Position numbers and translations under genes: made by a program. Of a stretch of 63,458 nucleotides of DNA, positions 47,653 through 59,100 are shown piece after piece; position 1 is the stretch's first letter, and each line of letters opens with the position of its first letter. Source of the DNA: Nemertoderma westbladi. Its lineage: Eukaryota; Animalia; Xenacoelomorpha. The notes under the pieces were generated by a model. That model worked only from the letters and a program-made list of their open reading frames with translations. It did no database searches and was not told the DNA's origin. Location of the stretch: assembly GCA_032718475.1 (NCBI GenBank), contig JAUCBJ010001625.1:1-63458 (forward strand), given 5' to 3'.

Positions 47653-50600
47653 ATGTGTCAACCTGTTAGGTCTGAAGTAACACATGCGCAAGGTGTGGAG
47701 CCTACATGCATTTATACTGCTAGCGAAGTAGAAACTCCTATTGTGAACCCTATTAAGGGTAATTATAGACCTGTTGATAATGACATTCCCTATAGACCTG
47801 ATCATAATCCGAGAAATTTATATACCGATAACTCGATATTAAATAACACGATGGCCCAAGAAAGTTTTACGCGTCAAATGGCTAGAACCGAAGCCCGGCA
47901 AGCGGTAAAGGTTGGAGAGATCGTCAAGTTCAATGGAGATGAGATGAAATGGTTACTTTTTAATGAATATTACAAAGATAACATACAGAACTCTGTACTG
48001 TCTAACGGAGAGAAACTTAGATTCCTCATCGAATGTTTGGAAGGACCTCCCAAGTCAATGGCGTTAAAATTTATTGGACATCCAGATGGATTAAGACAAG
48101 TTTGGGATACACTAAACATCAGGTATGGTAATAGGACTAACATAGCTAGGTATTTATATGCGAAATTAATGGCGCCCCGAAAGTTTCTTAGCAGCGGGAT
48201 TATAGAGTTTTCCGATGAGATTCAGGAGATCTGTAGACAACTAGATTGGTTAGGTAAGTCTCATGAATACCAGAATTCTATGGTTGTAGGAGCCTTAGCA
48301 TCTACTTTGCCCAAGGGTGGAGTAGGTACACGCTGGGACAAGAAGGTGTTATATATGATGGAACAACAACAACGAGACCCTACCATGGCAGATTTCATGT
48401 CATTCCTGGATGGAGAAGTGAAATTGCAACTCCTCAAGCAATCCAGAGAGAAGACACCGGAAAGTAAGGTAAGTGAGAAACCCGTTTCTAGGAGAAGGGT
48501 AATACCAGTATGTTATACCGACGACGGTGAAAGACAAACTTCTCAAGGAGAGGACAGCGGGAAAGACACTGACAGATCTTATGTCAATAAAATGCCTAAA
48601 GATCAGGTAAGTAAATCCAAGTCTCGACCCAATGACAGAAGGGAACCGGTACAAAAAACCCCTCCTACGTCTCCTAAAAGAATTCAGGTGAGAAAGCCCG
48701 AGGAAAGAACAAGTGTGCACCACACAGCACATGTTAAAGTAAGTAACATCAAGCCCAAATGTGTGCTGTGCGATGGGCCCCACCGTTTAAATGCGTGTGA
48801 TAAATTCCTGAGGAAATCACTAAAGGATAGACGTGAAGTCATGTGGGATAAGCGGTTGTGTTATAATTGCCTCAGACGAGGACACCAACGGCGAACCTGT
48901 AACTCTGACGCAAGGTGTGCAAAGTGCGGCGCAAAACATCATATCTTGTTGCACACGGAATTCGAACAAAACAGTCCGAATCAGGTAAGTGATTCCGAAC
49001 TACATGTCCAATTCAGTGATGTAAACGACACTGATCAATCTGAGATGGAAGGATTCTATACAGACGAGATCTCCGACGAAAACGAATCCTGTTACTTGAT
49101 AAATACCGCAGTGTATCGAGCACTCACATATGAAAAGGATACAGACAGCGACCTCACTCTAACTACTTCTGAACGACAACCGTCTTGGAAAGAGCCATCT
49201 TCCAATGTAGGGATTAGAGAATTTCCTGTGGTACAGGTAAGGGTTCACGGACCTAAACGGAGTTATGTAGTGAACGCCCTCCTTGACTCCGGTAGTACAG
49301 GAACATTCATCGACCAAGAGCTAGCCGAAGACATATTTGCTGGACAACCCAAGTTCCGAACTACGCTCAACATGTCAGGCATTATGCAAGTCTGGAAATC
49401 CACAATAACAGCGGATTATTATGTAGGAGCGTTGTCCACCCCACAGGACGAACTAGGAGAACATAGCATCAGGTCAGTGAAAATGGTGGCTATAAAGAAC
49501 TTCGCTACTACTCAAGCAGACCTTTATAATTGGGACGAGGATGAGAGCATCCAACATCTTAACATACCTCGATTCCAGACTGATTATCCTGGAGTGCAAA
49601 TACTCATCGGCCAAAACGCGCATGAGGCGCTGGAGACATTAGAGAAACGGCCTGCTCAACCGCAGCCACTACAGACCTATGCGGTAAGAACTAGAGTAGG
49701 TTGGTACCTTACTGGACCTTCCAGAAAGGCAGCGGCAGTAGCAGCAGCAGTGGCATCTGCAGAGGCTGAAAGAAAAACGGCAGCGGCAGAGGCAAAAGCG
49801 GCAGCGGCAGAGGCAGCGGCAGAGGCAAAGGCAGCAGCCGAAGCGGAAAGAAAGGTGGCGGAGGCAGTGGTAGAAGCAGAACGGAGAGCGGCTGAAGAAA
49901 CCAACCAATTAGAATTGGAAAACATTCAAGAGAATCAAGACTGCATAAACAAACAGTTAACAGCTAGTAATATGCAGATGATGAATCGATCTACTCCCAA
50001 ACGACAAGGTTATACATCATCTGAGGAAGGCGATACCACCGATACTGAAGGCAAAGGAAATAGATCTCGTCTAAGTAGACGTAAAAGAACATTCCACCGT
50101 CAGAAATTGCCTGATTTGCCTCCAGCTGTTAGAAGGCAACTAAATAGCACCAACTTAGGTAGTACAGAACCCACAGACCAAATAATTAAAATCGAAAGAC
50201 TCCCTACTATAGTAGATGAGCCTGAAATAATTAGGCCTGTTCTTGAAATCACCCCTACTGTGATAGACACACCTGTGCTCCCTGAAATAACCGCTAAATT
50301 CCCTCTGCATAGCACTAAGCTACCTGTGCCCCGTAGAACTGCCCAGGCGACAGTTCAGGTCCTGGACCCCGAGCGAAATATTCATAATTTGTCGCCCGTT
50401 GTCCCTCGTCCGCCCGCTACATCGTTGGCGACTCCCGCTTCGGCGGTCGAATGGGTGGACGAGAGACGGCGGGGGATGGATATCCTGCTCGGGCAGATGC
50501 AGGAGACTGTCCAGCAATTTAAGGGCACGGTAAGGGAAAGTAGACTAGAGTTGCAAGAAGTGCAGCAAAGTATCGCGCTAGAGCGCGATACCCAAAGAGG

Positions 50601-50697
50601 TGAGGTCTCTATAGGGGTGTCGCGAACAGGCGGCGGCGGGCTCGTGAGGGTCTGGGGGCACGTTAAATCCTCTAGTATAGTGCAAGGGAGTTACTGA
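47653..50697 (+). CDS. gag: BEL-C gag core plus protease, fused in frame to duplicated gag N-terminal part
   Basis: KFNGDEMKW, LNIRYGN, three BEL knuckles (CVLCDGPH, CYNCLRRGH, CAKCGAKHHILLH) and ALLDSGS. Junction at 49722. Confidence 0.9.
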   Translation: MCQPVRSEVTHAQGVEPTCIYTASEVETPIVNPIKGNYRPVDNDIPYRPDHNPRNLYTDNSILNNTMAQESFTRQMARTEARQAVKVGEIVKFNGDEMKWLLFNEYYKDNIQNSVLSNGEKLRFLIECLEGPPKSMALKFIGHPDGLRQVWDTLNIRYGNRTNIARYLYAKLMAPRKFLSSGIIEFSDEIQEICRQLDWLGKSHEYQNSMVVGALASTLPKGGVGTRWDKKVLYMMEQQQRDPTMADFMSFLDGEVKLQLLKQSREKTPESKVSEKPVSRRRVIPVCYTDDGERQTSQGEDSGKDTDRSYVNKMPKDQVSKSKSRPNDRREPVQKTPPTSPKRIQVRKPEERTSVHHTAHVKVSNIKPKCVLCDGPHRLNACDKFLRKSLKDRREVMWDKRLCYNCLRRGHQRRTCNSDARCAKCGAKHHILLHTEFEQNSPNQVSDSELHVQFSDVNDTDQSEMEGFYTDEISDENESCYLINTAVYRALTYEKDTDSDLTLTTSERQPSWKEPSSNVGIREFPVVQVRVHGPKRSYVVNALLDSGSTGTFIDQELAEDIFAGQPKFRTTLNMSGIMQVWKSTITADYYVGALSTPQDELGEHSIRSVKMVAIKNFATTQADLYNWDEDESIQHLNIPRFQTDYPGVQILIGQNAHEALETLEKRPAQPQPLQTYAVRTRVGWYLTGPSRKAAAVAAAVASAEAERKTAAAEAKAAAAEAAAEAKAAAEAERKVAEAVVEAERRAAEETNQLELENIQENQDCINKQLTASNMQMMNRSTPKRQGYTSSEEGDTTDTEGKGNRSRLSRRKRTFHRQKLPDLPPAVRRQLNSTNLGSTEPTDQIIKIERLPTIVDEPEIIRPVLEITPTVIDTPVLPEITAKFPLHSTKLPVPRRTAQATVQVLDPERNIHNLSPVVPRPPATSLATPASAVEWVDERRRGMDILLGQMQETVQQFKGTVRESRLELQEVQQSIALERDTQRGEVSIGVSRTGGGGLVRVWGHVKSSSIVQGSY

Positions 50698-51657
50698 AGG
50701 CCCTCGTGTCTTGCGAACCATGAATTGACATGGTGCCGTGGTACCGTCTAGTCGGCCTGTTGCCGTACTGCCAGTCCTGTACACAGTAGGGGTGGTGGCA
50801 TAGTGTGATCTGTGGTTTGTGTGTGTACGTAGTATACGTGAGTGTGTGTATGGCCACTGCGAGTGAGTGTGGGAAACCTTGCCGGTTGGTTCAGTCGCCG
50901 CCGGTTATTAGTAGGACCATATCTTTACTGCGCCCCAGCATACTTTGTGCACACAAAGTTATTTTGCCCTGACGGCAAAATAAGGTACTCTCGACTCTTT
51001 AACAGTCGATACAATTTTGTCCCCTCTGATTTCGTCCCCGATTTTGTCTATTCCCGATTATGTCTTCTGTGTGTGCATGGTATGTGTCCGATTTTGTGTC
51101 TACCGTAGTGTACTCGATTTCGTGAGCATCTATTGAGTACATGTGTACAGTGACTGGTAAGTGGTGACTTGTTCTTAGCTTAGCTTTTAAGCTAGTCAGT
51201 ATTGTTGGTGGAACCGACTTCCCCTCAATACTGCCGGCGAGGCGGGTGAAAACGGTCAATATTCCATGCTGGGTAGCGCAAGCCCACATGGGACAAGACC
51301 GTCGGTTTGGCTCAAGGGCGACCTTGATGCTCGATCGCTATCGACTGGTCCACCCGCCGGTTGACTCTCTGAGTTGGCTCAATGTACAGTCAGGCCACAG
51401 TAAGTTGACAGTAGGCGAACTTTGAGTCGCCGTTCGGCTACACACGACGAGCTGTGCCGGTGTGATCGGGGGATTGAAAATTGAACCCGGGAAGCATCGG
51501 GCTACCCTCCGGCCCGGTCTGATAAAAACGGAGTCGGACTGGCCCCAAGGGTAGTGGAAAAGCGTCCGCCTCGTGGGTGCGCCTCGGGGAGGAGCCCAGA
51601 AGGACGTAAGCGAAATTAGTAAATACCCAAAGGGGTATACCACCACCCTCTGTAACA
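50618..51657 (-). mobile_element. Second copy of the solo-LTR-like insert (part of the 4005-bp duplication)
   Basis: Matches 46613-47652. Confidence 0.5.
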
Positions 51658-54501
51658 ATGTGTCAACCTGTTAGGTCTGAAGTAACACATGCGCAAGGTG
51701 TGGAGCCTACATGCATTTATACTGCTAGCAAAGTAGAAACTCCTATTGTGAACCCTATTAAGGGTAATTATAGACCTGTTGATAATGACATTCCCTATAG
51801 ACCTGATCATAATTCGAGAAATTTATATACCGATAACTCGATATTAAATAACACGATGGCCCAAGAAAGTTTTACGCGTCAAATGGCCAGAACCGAAGCC
51901 CGGCAAGCGGTAAAGGTTGGAGAGATCGTCAAGTTCAATGGAGATGAGATGAAATGGTTACTTTTTAATGAATATTACAAAGATAACATACAGAACTCTG
52001 TACTGTCTAACGGAGAGAAACTTTGATTCCTCATCGAATGTTTGGAAGGACCTCCCAAGTCAATGGCGTTAAAATTTATTGGACATCCAGATGGATTAAG
52101 ACAAGTTTGGGATACACTAAACATCAGGTATGGTAATAGGACTAACATAGCTAGGTATTTATATGCGAAATTAATGGCGCCCCGAAAGTTTCTTAGCAGC
52201 GGGATTATAGAGTTTTCCGATGAGATTCAGGAGATCTGTAGACAACTAGATTGGTTAGGTAAGTCTCATGAATACCAGAATTCTATGGTTGTAGGAGCCT
52301 TAGCATCTACTTTGCCCAAGGGTGGAGTAGGTACACGCTGGGACAAGAAGGTGTTATATATGATGGAACAACAACAACGAGACCCTACCATGGCAGATTT
52401 CATGTCATTCCTGGATGGAGAAGTGAAATTGCAACTCCTCAAGCAATCCAGAGAGAAGACACCGGAAAGTAAGGTAAGTGAGAAACCCGTTTCTAGGAGA
52501 AGGGTAATACCAGTATGTTATACCGACGACGGTGAAAGACAAACTTCTCAAGGAGAGGACAGCGGGAAAGACACTGACAGATCTTATGTCAATAAAATGC
52601 CTAAAGATAAGGTAAGTAAATCCAAGTCTCGACCCAATGACAGAAGGAAACCGGTACAAAAAACCCCTCCTACGTCTCCTAAAAGAATTCAGGTGAGAAA
52701 GCCCGAGGAAAGAACAAGTGTGCACCACACAGCACATGTTAAAGTAAGTAACATCAAGCCCAAATGTGTGCTGTGCGATGGGCCCCACCGTTTAAATGCG
52801 TGTGATAAATTCCTGAGGAAATCACTAAAGGATAGACGTGAAGTCATGTGGGATAAGCGGTTGTGTTATAATTGCCTCAGACGAGGACACCAACGGCGAA
52901 CCTGTAACTCTGACGCAAGGTGTGCAAAGTGCGGCGCAAAACATCATATCTTGTTGCACACGGAATTCGAACGAAACAGTCCGAATCAGGTAAGTGATTC
53001 CGAACTACATGTCCAATTCAGTGATGTAAACGACACTGATCAATCTGAGATGGAAGGATTCTATACAGACGAGATCTCCGACGAAAACGAATCCTGTTAC
53101 TTGATAAATACCGCAGTGTATCGAGCACTCACATATGAAAAGGATACAGACAGCGACCTCACTCTAACTACTTCTGAACGACAACCGTCTTGGAAAGAGC
53201 CATCTTCCAATGTAGGGATTAGAGAATTTCCTGTGGTACAGGTAAGGGTTCACGGACCTAAACGGAGTTATGTAGTGAACGCCCTCCTTGACTCCGGTAG
53301 TACAGGAACATTCATCGACCAAGAGCTAGCCGAAGACATATTTGCTGGACAACCCAAGTTCCGAACTACGCTCAACATGTCAGGCATTATGCAAGTCTGG
53401 AAATCCACAATAACAGCGGATTATTATGTAGGAGTGTTGTCCACCCCACAGGACGAACTAGGAGAACATAGCATCAGGTCAGTGAAAATGGTGGCTATAA
53501 AGAACTTCGCTACTACTCAAGCAGACCTTTATAATTGGGACGAGGATGAGAGCATCCAACATCTTAACATACCTCGATTCCAGACTGATTATCCTGGAGT
53601 GCAAATACTCATCGGCCAAAACGCGCATGAGGCGCTGGAGACATTAGAGAAACGGCCTGCTCAACCGCAGCCACTACAGACCTATGCGGTAAGAACTAGA
53701 GTAGGTTGGTACCTTACTGGACCTTCCCGTAGAACGCTCAGGGAAAGAATGCTTCAAGATCGCGTCTGCCAGGTGAGTGAATGGGAAGATGATACTAGTG
53801 AGGGAGACGACCCAACTGAGGGAACACCACACTCCTCAGATAATGACAATCTTAGCTCCAATGTAGATCAATGGAGATATTGCCCCAAGAAGTTTAATCC
53901 AACGGACATCGCTTCCAGAGGAGCAACTCCTCAAGAACTGACAGATACTATAGACCGGTTAGGTGAACCCGACTTCCTGAGTAAGGAGAATGAATGGCCT
54001 CCCCATCTTACTCCGACTGAGATTAGACCAGCCAAGGGAGCGGAGAAAGCCGAACCTGAAACCCGGACGGGTGGATCGGAGTTATTTGAACCCGGGATAG
54101 ATCTGTCGGTATTACATATTGCCAGGGACGACGCCGTGGATCTGGACCTCCCCACCGCGAGTGGATCCTTCATGAAGATCAGAGAGAGCGATTGGAGCTC
54201 TGGAACATCAGACGTCTCGCAGGGACTCTCACCTCTCCTGCAGAGAGCGACGGACCACTATAGCTCCTGGAATCGGCTTTGTGACGCCGTCATATACTTT
54301 GAGCGATGTTTCTATCGTCACTATTCCAGGACGAAGAGGAAACCTGGAATTGTATTCAGGATGCAGCGACTCAATCACCCAGTCGGTCGTTTGTGTTTAC
54401 CGGAAGGGAATGGAGGACTCTCCGGAAACTGTGGAAGGCAAGATTCTCTTCCCACGACCACCTCCCTAATCCTTCAAACATCTAGGGACTCCATAACGTA
54501 G
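51658..54501 (+). pseudogene. pol: BEL-C gag core, protease and deleted pol (RT/RNase H and most of integrase missing)
   Basis: Premature TGA at 52024. After GWYLTGP the frame jumps to the RNase H tail QWRYCP..NPTDIASRG. No YxDD and no integrase core. Confidence 0.88.
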
Positions 54502-56151
54502 CAACATATGGAGTGGGTGTGTGACTCTATTATTTTATATTATTTTATTATTTTCATATTTATGTATGTATTACTATGTAATTTTATTATAATCGTTTTA
54601 TTTAATTTAGTAGAATATTATTTAGCGATTATTTAGTAGAATAGTGCAATATATTCGTGTTTATTACGTACGTAATTACGTATATATTATATTTAATGCG
54701 ACGGCAAGAAATAATTCTTTTCCTTCTTCCTTACTGTCCGTATTACATTACAAATACGTAACTACAGTAAGATGAAATGTCCGTACTTATTAAAGTACAA
54801 TAAAGCCACTACTATATTCAAGTATTATTGGTAGGCAGAGTATTAGGAATGCAAAGTTCAGATCCTCGTGTCTCGGCTAAACCAAGCTCTGGGTAGACCT
54901 TGGAAACGACTTGCCTCTTCACACTGACATTGCTTCGTGCGATATTGCTCTCATACCGTATATTAAATAATACATATAGTAGCGTGATGTCCCTTTAACA
55001 GTAGCGTATAACGCAAAATAAATCTGTTAAACCCTTTGACCATCTGTAATTCTAGTCGATTAAGATATCGTGGCACCCACCGATATACTTGAAAGACAAA
55101 TTATAGAATCAGTGGTTAACGTCCCCAGACAAGTTCTGGAATAAATCGGTGCCCATCTCAAATATTAATTAGTTAATATTTACAAATCAAATAAGTCAAA
55201 ATCTGTAAAATTCAGATCCTTCAACAATTCTAGTCAATTAAGATATCGTAGCATTTACCGATATTCTTAAAGAGACAATTTCTTAGAATTAAGGATCTTG
55301 TGTCCCTAGACATGTTCTAGAATCAAAATATGTCAATTTAATTATCAAATAATAAAATTTCAGGGAATAAATTTAAATTCATGTTTTTTAATGAATTTAA
55401 TAAATTGCTATTTCACGCAATTTATAACATTCCCAAAATTCCATTAATTAATAGATCAAGGGAGTGGAGATTTATATTATTATGCGTATGCGTGTAAGAA
55501 AGTCTCCCAAACATAGTCAATAGCCGATAAAATTCATAAAGTCATGTATAAAACAGGACCTTGACTATTAAAGAATTACTATTAAATAACATCCCAGATC
55601 TGTATGCCTTGGAATTACCCTAATTCTACCGCTAGCTTTGCATAATGTCACCATAGCAACAACCACGCTAGAATTAGAATTGAGTAAAAAGAACAATAGA
55701 AAGCTTGTCCCATTGAATAGCATAGGGAATAAATAGCGCACTGCTAGTATCCAAGGATACATAACAATACAGTGACATTCTGGAAGGCATTGACTAACGG
55801 ACAAATGGCCCGAATGTGTGTAGTTGTGACAAGTTGTATTGTATTTGTGAGTTTATAGGTGAATGTTACTGCTAAAGTGTGTTTACAGTAGCTAGTCGCA
55901 ATCGTAAAAGTAACCTAACTCTCCAAGGAAAACCTGACGTACATCTAAGCCTTTGGGACGGACAGTGGAGTGACTTGTGCTGGTTATCGTTGTCGTTGTA
56001 CAGCTACGTCGTTGGCGAAAGTACAGCTACAGCGGTATATCGGCGCTGAGAATCTCTTACTGTCCGGGGGCACGGGAGAAATAGGCAGCGACGCCCGCTC
56101 GCCTAACGATATATAAACTCATTATAATATTGGTGAACTCGTATAGCAGAT

Positions 56152-59100
56152 ATGACTGAATTAATAGAAGATGATCTTGGTATCAGGGAGAGATATACTC
56201 TACCTTTACAAGCGTTTGTCGATAGCTTGATACGCGGCGACGCTGATCCAACTACTACAGAGGACGATGGTCGTTATATCGAACCGCCAATGTCCCAGGA
56301 GCAACTTACGCGTGAATTGGATTATAGAAAGTTCACGGCTCGCTATACGCATCGTAATGGTACGTATATGGACTTCTTGACTACTGGTCACCCTATCGAT
56401 TTACACGATACGGACGATGTAGACACCGAAAGGGAAATGGTTTTATTTAAATATCATACCCAGCGGAGTCGAAACGATAAATCGAGAATAGAACACGAGA
56501 ACTCTATTCGAAACAAACTCGAAAGAGAAGACGTTGAAGAACCTGATAAACGTAACGGTTTCAACGATTATCTAGAATTCTTACGAGAGACCTATCTCAA
56601 TGTTGCCAGTCAACAAAATCTCGAAACTCGATATCCTCAAGGTATACATCCAGATCCTATAATGGAACTCAAACGGCTCTATTTTACGATGATGTATCTT
56701 ACCGCCGATCGACCGCTACCTGTCGTTCCAGATAGCTTCGAACAGATGGAGGAATATTGTAAAACTGGAGAGCGATCACCCGCGTTTCCCCTTCAAGACG
56801 TGCGTCTTTGGTATTACTGTGACGAATGCCCTAGACCTAACCAGCAAATCGAAAGGCATAAACATCCTCGGAGACGTTGCGCTAAACACAGTTTTACGCG
56901 ATATACTTATGGGAGTTTCGAGCGTAACCTTTTCGACGTATCGCCTACGGTCGCGCGCCTTAAGCGATCATTGAATAAACCCATGATCAGAGTTCCGGAA
57001 TACTCGGTCAGACCTCCCCATTCACAAGTGATACCTCAAACTCTAGACCCTAATAGTATTACGGATCCTCCCGAGCTGTACTCACTGTTCAAAGATCTAG
57101 TGTTACCTGAACAGTTGATTGGTGGCACTCCGGTAGTGGGTTCGTTGGATATTCGCCAACCTTACCTCGCTGGACTAGGACGCGGTCATCTAATATCACC
57201 GTTTAACCCCTACAACCGTCCTGGCCTTCCTCCGATCCAACCTGTTACAGAAGTCGAAGAGAGCGTGATACGAAATGCATTGGACGCTATTCGGCAGAAA
57301 ATCGGAAAAGGAACTTACGATTGCTTGGAGAAACGTAAATTGCAACAACAAGTCCAAGCGGTGAAAGAACTAGCTTTACCCCAGTTCGATAGAGAAATAC
57401 AAAATCTAGAGGAGGACATCGAACGTGGACGAACCTACTCTTTACAGGAATTCCTGGACGAGCGCTTGCAACAACAAGCGGAGGAAAATCAGCTCGAGGA
57501 AAGACATATAGAGCTGACTGAGAGGGAAGAAGCAGCTTTAGCTCAACCGGAAGCTCAAATTCTCGTGACGGATCTCTATTCCAAAACGATCCTCCACCCC
57601 TCGATGGTTCCTCATTTCAAAGACAAGCTCTTTGCTACGGTACAACCTCAACCGGTTAATACTGATCTCAGATCTCACAAGCTCGTTGCTGACGCTCCCA
57701 TGCTACAACGTCCACCCGTCGAGGCTGCTCGTGTCGATGGCGTACTTGTTGAGCCTCCGGACAATAGAGCGGATCTTGTCCGTCGCATGGTGCACGATGT
57801 TAACATACGCGCTAGACCTTTGCCGGACTCTTTTTATGGAATTAAGGATCACCCTTATTACGTCAATTTGAAGCAATATTACATGGTGAAACCGGAAGAT
57901 CCTACGCATAGTCTGAGGTTCCTACCATTAATCAATCCTCTCGATCTTGTCGAACTCGAACAACTACAAAAACATTTAGATCAGCTAGTTAAACTGAACT
58001 CATTTCGAAAACCGTATAATATTTCTAGAATAGAGAAAGAGATATCACCTCCGTACAATCTTGATGGATTCATTAAAACTCGATTAGTACACTGGAATCT
58101 TGACGTGTTATTCGAGGAAGAAAGAATAAAACGATATGGAGATGTGGAAACCTATACTACACAATGCTTAAAGTATAGAGATTTACCCAATGCTAACGAG
58201 TGCGCTACTTTGTGGCATCCAGTGGGAATGACTCTCAAAAACGCCACTAAAGAATGGAACGAGACTCTTAACGTTATCGAGATGTATGGCGTTGTTACTT
58301 ATGACAACGAAGGTAGCGTTCCGGTGGGAGAACTAGGAACTACGCGAATGATACATATACGAGGACTCGCTGGTTCTACCCACGTATTCACTCGAGCGTG
58401 TTCCGACGTAATAGATTATTCTTTTGAACCTCTTACAGAGATACAAAAGAAACTTCGACATGGACAATTCGAGCTTGTGCAGCGTTACGTCACCGACACC
58501 GAACGCAAACCGGCCATGGGTATCGATGGATTAATGTTACCCCAACCTGTGCTCGAAATGTTGTTTAACGAAAGAATTCTAAAAATCGGCTCAGCTGTTT
58601 ATGGAGATCTCCAAAACGACTTCCGGAATATGGAGAACATTCCATACCCTTTCGTTGATACTCAGCTGATTGCTCCTTGGGCCAAAGGCAGAGGTTTCTT
58701 TCGCACTATGTATGCTAATACACCCAGCGGCATTACTAAAGTACAACGGACATCCATCGGACATCTTGCCTTTCAAGAATATGGTTGGAATTTCAAGGTT
58801 GGAAACCCTATTAATTACCAGCAAGTATATGGAGATCATTACTCTCGTTTATATTTCGATAGACCATTAACTGCGCCTGGTGCCGTATATAGCTTTATGA
58901 GTGTTCCACTTCGCCCCTCCTTAGCTATATACACGATCTTTGAAAACGCAGCACTTGCCGGTTGGCTAGCCGATGTGTGCAGTCGTACCATACGCGCTCA
59001 CCCATTAATACTTGGAACTAAACTCGCTAAGTTAGACGAACATAATAAGTTTATACGTTTCGAATGTTTCCGGCGCTTTCTGACTCCGTTCCGCAACGTC

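Larger units (their letters stand above)
45718..53727. repeat. Tandem duplication, 4005-bp unit
   Basis: 45718-49722 is repeated at 49723-53727. ORF coordinates are offset by 4005 with few substitutions. Confidence 0.95.
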
